Positions 15,247 to 28,281 of a DNA stretch of 64,000 nucleotides are shown in pieces. Both the position numbers and the translations under genes were made by a program. Positions within the stretch are counted from its first letter, which is position 1; every line of letters starts with the position of its first letter. The notes below the pieces were generated by a model that worked only from the letters and a program-made list of their open reading frames with translations, made no database searches and had not been told where the DNA came from. The stretch is from the human T2T-CHM13v2.0 reference genome, Homo sapiens. The stretch is taken from the NCBI RefSeq assembly GCF_009914755.1, contig NC_060934.1. One strand, written 5' to 3'.

Positions 15247-15651
15247 CTGCTTCTACAGTTTATTGAATTTAACTTTTAAATCAAGTTGTGATTTTATTGT
15301 TGTTGTTGTCTTTGAGTCTTGCCATCCAAATCAAAACTGGGCTAATTTGTTGAAATAGTATCTATTGGGTTAAGGAGAGAATTGTTAGATGCAGCCTAAA
15401 AGAAAGAATTTAGTGTTCACTGTATCTATCATGAAAGGCTCTTTCTATTTGTTTTCTATTATAAAGTAATATGCTGTATTTCATGGCAAAGGCTTTAAAT
15501 TGAAAACTCCAAGGCTTAAAATTTAAGCCTTGCATTTGGAAATAGACAACTAGCTCTACAGAAGTAGTTTTGTTTTGTTTTTGTTTTTGTTTTTTTGCAG
15601 TGGGGGGCTGGTATTTGGGGGCAGGGAGAGGGGGAAAAGTCCGTTTGCTGG

Positions 15652-15815
15652 TACTGAGTGACTTTGGGCAAGTTACTTGCCCTCTGTAAGCCTCAATTTC
15701 CTCATCTATAAAATGGGATAATATTAGCTTTCTTGTAGGATTGTTGGGAGAATTAAATGAGATAAGGAATATTTGTAAAGCAGTTAACATGAAACAGGCC
15801 CTCAATAAATGGAAA
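15652..15815 (+). mobile_element. MIR SINE
   Basis: gtgactttgggcaagttactt...cctcaatttcctcatctataaaatggg MIR core. Confidence 0.85.
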
Positions 15816-15974
15816 CTAATTTTATTGTTTGTAATAGAAAACAACAATGTGTCAGCTTCTAGTAATAACTTTAAAATATTCTATGCATACTATATAGCAA
15901 AGGCAGTTTTACTTATAATCACAGAACATATAACACTAAGTATAGTTCTAATACTTAAGAAGCAAAATAACACC

Positions 15975-16795
15975 AGGGCAGTAACAAATGCTGGAGAGGA
16001 GGTAGAGAAAAGGAAACCCTCATATGTTGTTGATGAGAATGTAAATTAGTACAACCACTATGGAGAAGAGTTTGGAGGTTTCTCATAAAAGTAAAAATAG
16101 AGTTACCATATGACCCAACAATCTACTGGGTATATACTCAAAAGAAAGGAAATCAGTATATAGAAAATATATTTGCACTCCCATGTTTGTTGCAGCACTA
16201 TTCACAACAGCCAAAATTTGGAAGCAACCTAAGTGTCCATTCACAGATGAATGGATAAAGAAAATGTGGCACTTATCTGCAATGGATTACTATTCAGCCA
16301 TAAAAAAGAATGAGATCTTGTCATTTGCAATAACATGGATGGAACTGGAGGTCATTATGTTAAATGAAATAAGCCAGGCACAGAAAGACAAACATCACAT
16401 GTTCTCACTTATTTTTGGATCTAGAAATCAAAACAATTGAAAACATGAAAATAGAGAGTAGAAGGATGGCTACCAGAGGCTGGGTAGTGTAATAGGGGTG
16501 GGGCGGGTAGGGAGGTGAGGATGGTTAATGGGTACAAAAAAAATAGTTGGAAAGAATGAATAAAGCCGAGTATTTGATAGCACAACAGGGTGACTATAGT
16601 CAATAATAATTTAATTGTACTTTCTAAAATAACTAAAAGAGTATAATGGGACTCTTTGTGACACAAAGAATAAATGCTTGAGGTGATGAATACTCCATTC
16701 TCCGTAATGTGATTATTACATATTGAATACCTGTATCAAAATATTACATGTACCCCATAAATATATACACCTACAATATACCCTCAAAAATTAAT
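15975..16795 (+). mobile_element. L1MA 3' fragment
   Basis: ORF2 C-terminus [19 protein letters not shown]; L1MA 3'UTR gcacaacagggtgactatagtcaataataat. Confidence 0.88.
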
Positions 16796-17087
16796 TTTTT
16801 TTTTTTTGAGATGGAGTCTTGCTCTGTCACCCAGGCTGGAGTGCAGTGGCGCGATCGCAACTCACTGTAACCTCCGCCTCCCAAGTTCAAGAGATTCTCC
16901 TGCCTCAGCCTTCTGAGTAGCTGAGATTACAGGCACGTGCCACCACACCCAGCTAATTTTTGTATTTTTAGTAGAGATGGGGTTTCATTATGTTAGTCAG
17001 GCTGGTCTTGAACTCCTGACCTCGTGATCCGCCCACCTCGGCCTCCCAAAGTGCTGGGATTACAGGCATGAGCCACTGTACCCGGCC
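16795..17087 (-). mobile_element. AluSg-type SINE inserted in the L1MA tail
   Basis: Reverse Alu dimer. Confidence 0.92.
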
Positions 17088-17169
17088 AAAAATTTTAAAA
17101 AATACCAGGGGACATATCAGCATATCTGAGCCACTCTGACTTTTTATCAGTTTCCGGAAGACACCCATC

Positions 17170-17552
17170 TCCTTCTTACCTCTAGGCCTGTGTATTTCCA
17201 TTCCCTTCAGCCTGGAAAGCTCTTATCCAAGCTATTTACATGGCTGGCTTCTTATTCTTTAGTTGTTAGCTTAATGTCAACTCCTTACAGAGACCCTACC
17301 TGATTATCTTAGCTCAATTAGGCCGTTCCTTGCTCTAGTCACTTTTATAGCATCCTATATATTTCCTTCAGAGAGGTTGTCACAACCTGAATTACCTTAT
17401 TTTTTTGTTGTTGTTTACTTGCTTACTATCAGTCTCTCCCATTAAGCTCCAATGACATGGTCAAGGACCACATCTATTTGTGGCCCATTGAAGACCCCTT
17501 GCCTAACACAGTGTCTGGTACATGTTGAATTGTCAATAAATATTTGTTGAAA
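17170..17552 (+). mobile_element. L2 3' fragment
   Basis: ...cctaacacagtgtctggtacatgttg...caataaatatttgttgaa. Confidence 0.7.
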
Positions 17553-20500
17553 CAATTGGTTAATAAATACTGTTCCTGAAAGCCTCTCTGCCACTGTCTC
17601 TGCAGTAGAACTGCCCTTGCTACCCTCAGACTAATGAAGAAGAAAAGACCCTAAGTACCTTATTTATACCTCCAACAAGCTGCAATCAACCCAAGAAGAG
17701 GAGGCCAGTCTGTCTCCCATGGTTCCCACACCCCCAACCCCCACTCATCACCAGAGAGAACCCCTGGCTTGAGCCCACAGCACAGACCCTTCATCCTGGG
17801 GTGATTGCACTGAGGAATTGCTGACCTACATCTCTCTGGTGTGGAGCTCCCAGGATACAAGCAAAAGACCCTTGACCACAACCACTACTAAGGTCCTTTC
17901 CTCTGTTGCCGCCAAGTTGAGGAAGGAACGTAAACACTGACATTGCCCCAGAGCTGCAGTGGGCAGCCAGGAGTGTCAAACCACAATCTATAGCCATACA
18001 GCTGGCACTGAAGGGGGAGAGGAACCCACACTTTCAGAGCATTGAGAGTGAACACAGCTGTAACTATGAGAAAACACAGAGGAGCCACACAACTGAGCAA
18101 GAGTCTACCAGTTGACCAATAAGCCTAAGTGCCACCTACTGGATCACACCCCAAAGCTTCAACACCAAGAATACCTCACTAACATACTCACCTCTGAAAC
18201 TAGAGACAAGAAGTCAGCTTCAAAAAAAGACCCTGCACAAGGCCTCAGCCTAGTGAAAACAGCCAGAAATCTATTGACTGTACTCAATCTATATGGCAGT
18301 TAAAGGAACACCCACACATGGAGATGAGAAAGAACTAACGCAAGAACTCCAAAAATTAAAACGGCCAGAGTGTCATATGTGCTCCAAATGACCATACAAA
18401 TTCTCTAACAAGAGTGTTTATCCAGGCTGAGCTGGCTGAAATGACAGAAATAGAATTTAGGATATGTATAGGAATGAAGATCATTGAGATTCAGGAGGAC
18501 AGCAAAACCCAATCCAAAGAAACTACAAATCACAATAAAGTGATACAGGAGCTGAAAGACAAAATAGCCAGTATAATAAAGAACCTAATGGGTCCGACAT
18601 AGCTGAATAACACAGTACAAGAATTTCACAATGCAATCACAAGTATTAATAGTAGAATAAACCAAGCTGAGGAAAGAATCTCAGAACTCGAAAACTGGCT
18701 TTCTGAAATAAGACAGTCAGACAAAAATAAAGAAAAAAGAATAAAAAGGAATGAACAAAACCTCCAAGAAGTAGGGGATTATGTAAAGAAGCCAAATCTA
18801 CAAATCACTGTCATCCCTGAAAGGAAGGGGGAGAAAGCAAACAGTTTGGAAAACGTATTTCAATATATTGTCCATGAAAACTTCCACAACCTTGCTAGAG
18901 AGGACAACAGTCAAATACAGGAAATACAGACAACTCCTGCAAGATTCTACACAGGAAGATCATCCCCAAGACACATAATTGTCAGATTTTCCAAGGTAAA
19001 AATGAAAGAAAGAATGTTAAAGGCAGCCAGAAAGAAAACGCAGGTTACCTGCAAAGGAAATCCCATCAGGCTTACAGTGGACCTCTCAGCTGAAACCCTA
19101 TAAGCCAAAAGAGATTGGGGGCCTATATTCAACATTCTTACAGAAAACAATCTTCAACCAATAATTTTATATGCAGCCAAACTAAGCTTCCCAAGCAAAG
19201 GAAAAATAAGATTCTTTTCAGATAAGCAAATGTTGAAGGAATTCTTTACTACCAGACCTGCCTTACTAGAGATCTCAAAAGAAGCACTAAATATAGAAAG
19301 AAAAGATCACTACGAGCTAATACAAAAACACACTTAAACACACAGAATAGTGTCACTGTAAAGCAACCACACAAACAAACCAACATAATAATCAGCTAAC
19401 AACACAATGACAGGATCAAATCCACACATAACAATGGTAACTTTGAATGTAAATGGGCTAAATGCTCAACTTAAAAGGCACAGAATGACAAGATGGATAA
19501 AAAAGCAAGTCCCAATGGTATGCTGTCTTTAAGAGACCCATCTCACACATAATGACACCAAAAGGCTCAAAATAAAGGCATGGAGGAAAATCTACCAAGC
19601 AAATGGAAAACAGAAAAAAGCTGAGGTTGCAATCTTAATTTCAGACAAAACAAACTTCAAAACAACAAAGATCAAAAAAGACAAAGAAGGGCATTACATA
19701 ATGGTAAAGGGTACGATTCAACAACAAGATGCAACTATCCTAAATGTATATGCACCGAACACAGGGGCACCCAGATTCATGAAGCAAGTTCTTAGAGACC
19801 TACAAAGAGGCATAGACTCCCACACATTAATAGTGGGAGACTTCAACACTCCACTGACAATATTAGACACATAATTGAGGCAGAAAATTAACAAAGATAC
19901 TCAGGACCTGAACTCAACATTGGAGCAAATGGATCTGATATACCTCTTCAGAGCTCTCTACTCAAAAACAGCAGAATATACATTCTTCCCATCGCCATAT
20001 GGCATCTACTCTAAAGGCAACTACATAATTGGATGTAAAACAATCCTCAGCAAATGCAAAATAACTGAAATAATACGAAACACACTCTCTGACCGCAGCG
20101 CAATAAAAACAGAAGTCAAAGACCAAGAAAATCATTCAAAATCAGGCAATGACATGAAAACTAAACATGCTCCAGAATGGCTTTTGGGTAAATAATGAAG
20201 TTAAGGCAGAAATCAAGAAGTTCTTTGAATCTAATGAGAACAAAAATACAACATACCAGAATCTCTAGGACATAGCTAAGGCAGTGTTAAATGGGAAATT
20301 CACAGCACGAAATGCCCACATCAAAAAGTTAGAAAGATCTCAAATTAACAACTTAACGTAACAGATGAAGGAATTAGAGAGGCAAGAACAAATCAACCAC
20401 AAAGCTAGCAGAAAACAAGAAATAACCAAAATCAGAGCTGAAATGAAGGAATTTGAGACACGAGAAACCATTCAAAAGATCAACAAATCCAGGAGTTGGT

Positions 20501-21524
20501 TCTTTTAAAAAATTAATAAGACAGATAGGCTACTAGCTAGACTAATAAAGAAGAAAAGAGAGAAGATCCAAATAAACACAACTGGAAGTGACGAAGGGAA
20601 TGTTACCACTGACCCCACAGAAATAAAAATAACCACTAGAAACCACTATGCACACAAACTAGAAAACCTAGAAGAGATGGATAAATTCCTGGACACATAC
20701 ACCCTCCCAAGACTGAACCAGGAAGAAACTGATCCCCTGAATAGACCAATAATGATCTCCAAAAGTAAGTCAGTAATAAATAGCCTACCAACCAAACTAA
20801 AGCTCAGGACCTCATGGATTCACAGCTGAATTTTACTATATGTACAAAGAAGAGCTGGTACCATTTCTATAAAAACTATTCCAAAAAACTGGGGAGGAAG
20901 GACTCCTCCCTAGCTCATTCTATGAAGCCACCATCATTCTGATACAAAAACTTGGCAGAGACACAACAAAAAAGAAAACATCAGGCCAATATCCTTGATG
21001 AACATCAATGCAAAAATCCTCAGCAAAATAATTTCAAACTGAATCCAGCAGCACATCAAAAAGCTAATCCACCATGATCAAATAGACTTCATTCCTGGGA
21101 TGCAAGATTGGTTCAACATACGCAAATCAATAAATGTGATTCATCACATAAACAGAACTAAAGACAGAAACCACATAATTATCTCAATAGATGCCGAAAA
21201 CGCTTTAGATAAAATTCAACACCCCTTCATGTTAAAAACTCTCAATAAACTAGGTATTGAAGGAACATACCTCAAAATAATAAGAGCCATGTTTGACAAA
21301 CCCACAGTCAACATCATACTGAATGGGAAAAGCTGGAAGCATTCCCCTTGAAAACTGGCACAAGACAAGGATGCCTTCTCTCACCACTCCTATTCAACAT
21401 AGTATTGGAAGTCCTAGACAGAACAGTCAGGCAAGAAATAGAAATAAAGGGCATCCAAATAGGAAGAAAGGAAGTCAAACTATCTCTCTTTGCAGATGAC
21501 ATTATTCTATATCTAGAAAACCTC

Positions 21525-21824
21525 TTTTTTTTTTTTTTTTGAGACAGAGTATCACTCTTGTTGCCCATGTTGGAGTGCAGTGGCATGATCTCGACTCACC
21601 ACAACCTCCGCCTCCCGGGTTCAAGTGATTCTCCTGCCTCAGCCTCCCAGAGCAGCTGGGATTAGTGGTATACACCACCATGCCTGGCTAATTTTGTATT
21701 TTTCAATAGAGACAGGGTTTCTCCATGTTGGTCAGGCTAGTCTCGAGCTCCTGACCTCAGGTGATCCACCCACCTCAACCTCCCAAAGTGCTGGGATTAC
21801 AGGCGTGAGCCACAACACCTGGCC
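21525..21824 (-). mobile_element. AluSp/Sq-type SINE inserted in L1 ORF2
   Basis: TSD tatatctagaaaacct / tatatctaaaaaacct; lies just after the FADD motif. Confidence 0.93.
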
Positions 21825-23336
21825 TATATCTAAAAAACCTTATAGTCTTGGCCCAAAATTTCCTTCAGCTGATAAACAACTTCAGCAAAGTTTCAAGATA
21901 CAAAATCAACGTACAAAAAACACTAGTATTCCTGTACACCAACAACAGCCAAGACAAGAGTTAAATCAGAAAGGCAATCCCATTCACAGAAAGAATCAAA
22001 TATCTAGGAATATAGCTAACTAGGGAGGTGAAAGACCTCTACAATGAGAATTACAAAGCACTGCTCAAAAATATCAGAGAAGACACAAACAAATGGAAAA
22101 ACATTCCATGCTCATGGATAGGAAAAATCAGTATTATTAAAATTGTCATACTGCCCAAAGAACTTACAGATTCAATGCTATTCCTACTAAAGTGCCAACA
22201 ACCTTTTTCATGGAACTAGAAAAATCTATTTTAAAATTTATATAGAACCAAAAAGAGCTCAAATAGTCAAGGCAATCCTAAGCAAAAATAACAAAGCTGG
22301 AGGCATCATGTTACCTGACTTCAAACTATACTACAGGGCTACAGTAACCAAAACAGCATGGTAATGGTACAAAACCAAGCACATAGACCAATAGAACAGA
22401 ATAGAGAGCCCAGAAATAAGGCCACACACCTACAATAATCTGATCTTCAACAAAGCTGGCAAAAACAAGCAATGAGGAAAAGACTCCCTGTTCAATAAAT
22501 GGTGCTGGGGTGACTAAGTAGCCACATGCAAAAGATTGAAGCTGGACCCCTTCTTTATACCATTTACAAAAATAAACTCAAGATGGATTAAAGACTTAAA
22601 TGTAAAACCCAAAACTATAAAAACTCTGGAAGACAACCTAGGCAATACCATCTTGGACATAGAAACAGACAAAGATTTCATGACAAAGACACCAAAAGCA
22701 ATTGCAAGAAAAGCAAAAATTGACAAGAGGGATCTAATTACTCTTAAGAGCTTCTGCATAGCAAAAGAAATTATCAACAGAGTAAAGAGACAACCTACAG
22801 AATGGGAGACAATTTTCAAACTGTGCATCTGACAAAGGTCTAATATCCAGCATCTATAAGAAACTTAAACAATATTACAAGAGAAAAACAACCCCATAGA
22901 AAGTGGGCAAAGGACCCCTTAGAAAGTGGGCAAAGAACATAAACAGACACTTTTCAAAAGAAGGCATACATGTGGCCAAGAAGCACATGAACAAAAGCTC
23001 AATATTACTGATCATTAGAGAAATGCAAATCAAAACCACTATGAAGATACCATCTCACACCAGTCAGAATGGCTATTACTAAACAGTCAAAAAAAAAAAA
23101 AAAAAGAAAAAAACAACAACAACCAGATGCTGGTGGTGAGGTTACAGAGAAATGAGAACATTTATATGCTGTTGATAGGAGTGCAAATTAGTTCAACCAT
23201 TGTGGAAAGCAGTGTGGTGATTCCTCAAAGAGCTAAAAGCAGAACTACCATTTCACCCAGCAATTCCATTACTGGGTATATACCCTGAAGAATATAAATC
23301 ATTCTACCATAAAGACACATGCATGCAAATGTTCAT

Positions 23337-23475
23337 CTTGGCTTGGTTTCTCATTCTTTTGTTCACTTTTCAGAGTCATTTTCCTACCATTCATTTGTGC
23401 ATGCAGTGTCTGAATTTCAGATAACAAACTCCTATGTGCTTTCTGGAGGCATTCCATAGCTGCTTGATATTCAAC
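23337..23475 (-). pseudogene. AKAP9-derived coding fragment (139 bp) inserted in the L1
   Basis: Interrupts L1 consensus gttcat[tg]cagcact; minus-strand frame VEYQAAMECLQKAHRSLLSEIQTLHAQMNGRKMTLKSEQKNEKPSQ matches the recalled AKAP9 segment VEYQAAMECLQKADRRSLLSEIQALHAQMNGRKITLKREQESEKPSQ. Confidence 0.85.
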
Positions 23476-24039
23476 AGCACTATTTACAATAGCAAAGACA
23501 TAGAATCAACCTAAATGCCCATCAACAACAAACTGGATAAAGAAAATTTGGTACATTTATGCCATGGAATACCGTGCAGCCATAAAAAAGAATGAGTTCA
23601 TGTATTTCGTGGGAACACGGATGGTGCTGGAGGCTATTATCGTTAGCAAACTAACACAGAAACAGAAAACCAAATACCACATGTTCTCACTTATAAGTGG
23701 AAGCTAAATGATGAGAACTTACAAATGCGAAGGAGACAACAGACACTGGGGTCTACTTGAGGGTGGAGGGTGGGAGGAGGGAAAGGAGAAGAAAAGATAG
23801 CTATTGGGTACTGGGCTTAATACCTGGGTGATGAAGTAATCTGTACAACAAACCCCCATGACATGAGTTTACCTATGTAACAAACCTTCACATGTACCCC
23901 CAAACCTAAAATAACAGTTTTTTAAAAATAATCAATATTGTCCCAGTCCTCCATTTTACAGATATGGAAGTTGTGATTAAAATGTGATTAATGTCACAGA
24001 AATACTAGGAAAGCCAAGCTTCTAACAGTCATTCCAGGG

Positions 24040-25030
24040 TCATTGCCAGGGTGTCAAATCCTATGTCACTGCACAGTATTACTATAACAACAAAGTGTCC
24101 CTTTCCTGACTTCCTATTCCCCATTCTTGATCCAGCATCTTTGGGATCCACTTCCAGGCATTTTCTCTGGGGTCCTGCTGGCTTAAGTCAGCCAGATCCT
24201 GCAGCGCCTTTGCCATATGATCCTCCCCTCCCTTAACAGACACTGTACTTACCCAGTTGGATTATACTGAAACTTAGTCCTCATACTGTCTGGTATCGGG
24301 GAGAGAAGTGGGGGTAGATTCTGAGCAGGACCAACATTGTTTTGTAGGACACTTGACTTACTCGAAGCTTATAGTTTTCAAGCAAGGAGAAGGTCTTCCA
24401 TCTTCCAGCAAGGGAGTGGGCCACGTCTGTAGGCCCAGATATTCCGGAGAAGCTGGGAGGCCAAGGTCCTTAAGTGTGTCTAATAAGTTTCCCCATTCCA
24501 ATTCTCATGTTCCCACTTTTTTCCAATCAGGACCCTGATTCTCTTGAAGGAGACTTACACAGGCTGAGAATTAACCTTCTCTGGCATTCTGCCACTCATA
24601 AGTACAGGCTGCACCTGGGCTTCAGTTCAGTTGGCCTTCTGGCTGCCAGTGATGAGGGACTTTTTAAAGGCTTCCATGGAGGCCCTTTGACTCTCACACT
24701 TGGGTTTAAATTGGTGGTTAATAGATTTGATCCTGGCATCTATACTTAGTGCATCAATGGTGCTTAGCAATACCCTCCCAATTCAACAATCTTTCAAGTT
24801 ACTTTTCCACCTGTACTCTCAAATACTAGATACATCACAGAAGTTAATGCATTCGCTTCTACTTATATGCTGTCCTGGTTCACTACAAGTAAAAGTGTTA
24901 GCAATTTCACTGCAGGAGCACATCTGAGACTATCTTCAGGGAAGAGATTCTGATGGAACCACTGGTGAGTGAGCAAACTCCAGAATCCCATCCTCAGACT
25001 CAGGTGTATATAATTACTACTGCTATCAAC
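24040..25030 (-). mobile_element. ERVL-type internal remnant (HERV16/ERV3-16A3-like)
   Basis: Degenerate gag-like text (gccagatcctgcag) abutting an LTR16/33-type LTR. Confidence 0.5.
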
Positions 25031-25436
25031 TGTCTTAGATTGGGCTCTTGCAGCTGACCCTGAGAATTAGATTCCTGTCCAAGTGATTGCCTGAGGGAGT
25101 GCTCTCAGAAGAAATCTGAACAGCGAGGAAGGAAGCAGAATAGGACAGGAAAAGAAGCTGGGAAAGATATGGGTTTAGCTGAAGTCTAGCCTCAGTCTGA
25201 TCCCACAGGGAGTTCTGGAGCCTCAGTTCTGTACACCCATATCAATCAGTCATTGGCTATGAGCTACCCACGGGGGAAGGCTGTTACCTTCCAGGCATTT
25301 TCTGAAATTGTTGGCTTGAATGGAATCCTCAGGGAAAGAGTGTGAACTATTAGCAGCCAACACTCTCAGCAGCTAAGGGATGAGTACGCCAGCTCATTGA
25401 AGAGATTCTGGACAGGACACCAACAGCATCTTCAGT
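25031..25436 (-). mobile_element. LTR33/LTR16-type ERVL LTR
   Basis: tgtcttagattggg...gagggagtgctctcag...gacaccaacagcatc. Confidence 0.65.
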
Positions 25437-27428
25437 AAAGATGTACTTCAATGGTAAGGACACTGAACCCAGAAAGAAGGAGTCACATGCAAGAAGAAAT
25501 GGTGGACCAAGAAATGTATAAACATCTGGCTGTATCTGAATAAGCACTCTTATACACTACAATAATGGGGAACAATGGCTAATTTGGAGATGGAGGGTAT
25601 TTAAAAGGCAGAATTTAAACAATAAACATTAATAAGGAATATGGGGTAATTAGTATTGAAAGTTTCTAAAGCCCTTGTATTTTTGAGGTGAAGGGTAAAT
25701 ATATTAATTAAATTTAGATTTTATTATGTCAAGTTATACTTGTAAAAATTTAATGGAGCTCCCAGATGTAGGGAGTAAATTAAACACATGCATCAAATTT
25801 GGTCCTCCCCAAATCCAGTTAATTTGTCAGTGAATTTTTTTAAGTCCTGGGCCATGGGAAAATAAACAATAATAACACAATTTTGGAAAATTGGATGAGT
25901 GAGAAAAGACTTAGCAGAACTCCCAAATTAAAGTACTAAACCAGCAGCAGGAAAGCCAAGAAGCAACTTGTTTGACACTCAAGAGCCTTCAAGTGTCAGG
26001 AATTGGCAGCATCAGATTCTTCTGGAAGTGTGGTGAAGAGGAGAGACTAAAATGAGAATGATGCATTGAAAGTTTATTTAAGAAGCAGTCAGATCACTAG
26101 ATCCTTTCCAATCATGAAAAGGTACACTACCGCTTCTATTTCCCTTCTCTTTCCCAGGAAGCATATTCACAGGAGAGAGAGAACAGGTTTCCTGCTTGGG
26201 GATCCCAAGCAGAGTTGAAGTTGGGAGCACTGTACTGAACAAAGCCAGCTTAAGAAAATGCATGCATATTGAATGCCCACCTCTCTCTACCCCACTATCT
26301 CACTTGACCCAGATCCAAAATAGTAATAGCAGACTTTGACTCTTCTGACAGGAGATTGGAAGAATCTTACCTGATCAGTCCAGGAGGAAAACCTAAATGC
26401 AGTAACATCAGGGTTCCCTAACTAAGCTGTCCAGAACTTACCATCTTCACCAAAACAAGAAATTAAACCAATAAAGTGGAAGATCAGGGCAACACACCCA
26501 GGACATACACCCAGGTTGGGAGACACATGTAGGAGAGTAAGACAGTGAGGCCAGAATGATGGTGAGGGAAAGTCCCAAGATGACAGCTTTATGTCTTATG
26601 CATCAGGTATAAAGACCAATAGGCCATCAGAAGAATGAAGCATATTTTGTCAGGAAGATGAAAGCAATGCATCTTAGTAGATTAAGAGAAGATTTAGAGA
26701 ACTGGTAAATAATTTGGGATTAAATTAGTGATAAGTACATAGAAAACTAAGCAAATGGTAAAACAAGATAATTAGCTCCAGGGCAAGCAAAAAGCTGCTC
26801 AGGAAAGAAAAATTTATCATAGTTTCCTACATGGCTCAGCTGTGAACAGTTTGTGCATAGTTACATTAATGTAAATATATTGCTTGATATCAAACGCAAA
26901 CATAAAATGACTGTATTGTGAGGGCGTGAAGAGGAAAGAAGGCACATATATGGTGGGAGCAGTCATTTTCTAGAGTGGGAAGTCAATAGATAATACCAAA
27001 AACTGGAAAATTGAGAAATATAAGAAATTGAGAAATGAATGTTTTTTAGAGACATGGAAGTAGATACCAACATGACCAGTAAAAGAAATGTAAATGATTG
27101 TTTCAGGGGAAGGAGGGAGGGATATAAGGCTCATGAGGAAGTATTTGATATTTTCAACTATGAGTTTTTAAAATTTTTGGTGAAATAAAATCTAAATATA
27201 AAAACAAAGATGGAATGGGAATATAATGAAATATTCAACTAAAAATATTTTAATGGCAACTACTGAAAGAATGCAAAGAAAATATATAATTTCCAAACCA
27301 GTATGAGGAGAAAAAAGAAAAAGAGAAAAAAATAAAACACTTCAGTAATCCCTTAGAAAACAGGAAAGAAGAATGGAAGAAGCAAAGCAGAAGCTTGGTA
27401 ATAAAGAAAAGAAAAAAAAAGTAAAAGA

Positions 27429-27720
27429 GGCTGAGCACAGTGGCTCATGCCTGTAATCCAACACTTTGGGAGGCTGAGGTGGGCAGATCACTTGAGCCTA
27501 GGAGTTCAAGACCAGCCTGGACAAGATGGTGAAACCCCGTCTCTACAACAAATACAAAAATTAGCCAGGTGTGGCAGCTCGCGTCTGTAGTCCCAGCTAC
27601 TTGGGAGGCTGGGGTGGGAGGATTGCTTGAGCCTAGGAAGTAAAGGCTGCAGTGAGCAGTGAGCTGAGATTGTGCCACTGCACTTCAGCCTGGGCAACAG
27701 AGCAAGACCCTGTCTCAAAG
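27429..27720 (+). mobile_element. AluJ-type SINE
   Basis: Full dimer; tail expanded into a GGAA microsatellite. Confidence 0.9.
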
Positions 27721-27865
27721 AAAGGAAGGATGGAAGGAAGGAAGGAAGGAAGGAAGGAAGGAAGGAAGGAAGGAAGGAAGGGAGGGAGGAAGGGAGGGAG
27801 GAAGGAAGGAAGAAAAAGGAAGGGAAGAGGGACGGAAGGACAGAAGAGAGAAAGAGAGAGAGAGT
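27721..27865 (+). repeat. GGAA/GGGA purine microsatellite with 12 consecutive GGAA (27732-27779)
   Basis: Counted directly. Confidence 0.95.
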
Positions 27866-28281
27866 GAGATTCAACTAAGGTAACCAGGCAAGCTTTGGAA
27901 GAGAAGTGTAAGAAGAAGAAAGGGATTTTAAAGAATGTGTGGATAAGTGTGACAGTCTTCAGCCAAACAAACTGATTCCCAGCAGTCAAAGACAAGTACT
28001 CAAGCACTGCAGGGCCATGAGGACCTTGAGAAAAAGGAAAGGTGGTAAGGAAATCACTCAGAGCGGGCCCTGGGTGCTGGCCAATAGGTGGTGCTGTCTG
28101 TATGGACAGCAATGTTGTCATCCAGAGCAGCAACACAGTGGAAAGGAAATCCAAAGCTTAATGAGCCATTCACATATAAGAACCTTTGCCAGCTAAGTGT
28201 TGATAATTTGAGAATTACATATATTTCAGTATTCATTATATGACTCAAGATTTCAATATTTCAATATTCAATCTACACAAC

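Larger units (their letters stand above)
17577..23928 (+). mobile_element. Near-full-length decayed L1PA (about PA13), with ORF1 and ORF2 disrupted
   Basis: ORF1 remnants (RSSPRHIIVRFSKV), ORF2 ATG at 19407, RT motif LFADD, 3'UTR; TSD taataaatactgttcc (17561) / taatcaatattgtccc (23929), 13/16 identical. Confidence 0.93.

Noticed and set aside
18325-23700. L1 ORF1/ORF2 as coding genes
   Set aside because: Many stops and frameshifts plus Alu and AKAP9 insertions; not retrotransposition-competent
27506-28154. 122-173-aa ORFs rich in PSFL or EGRK
   Set aside because: Artefacts of the GGAA microsatellite and Alu
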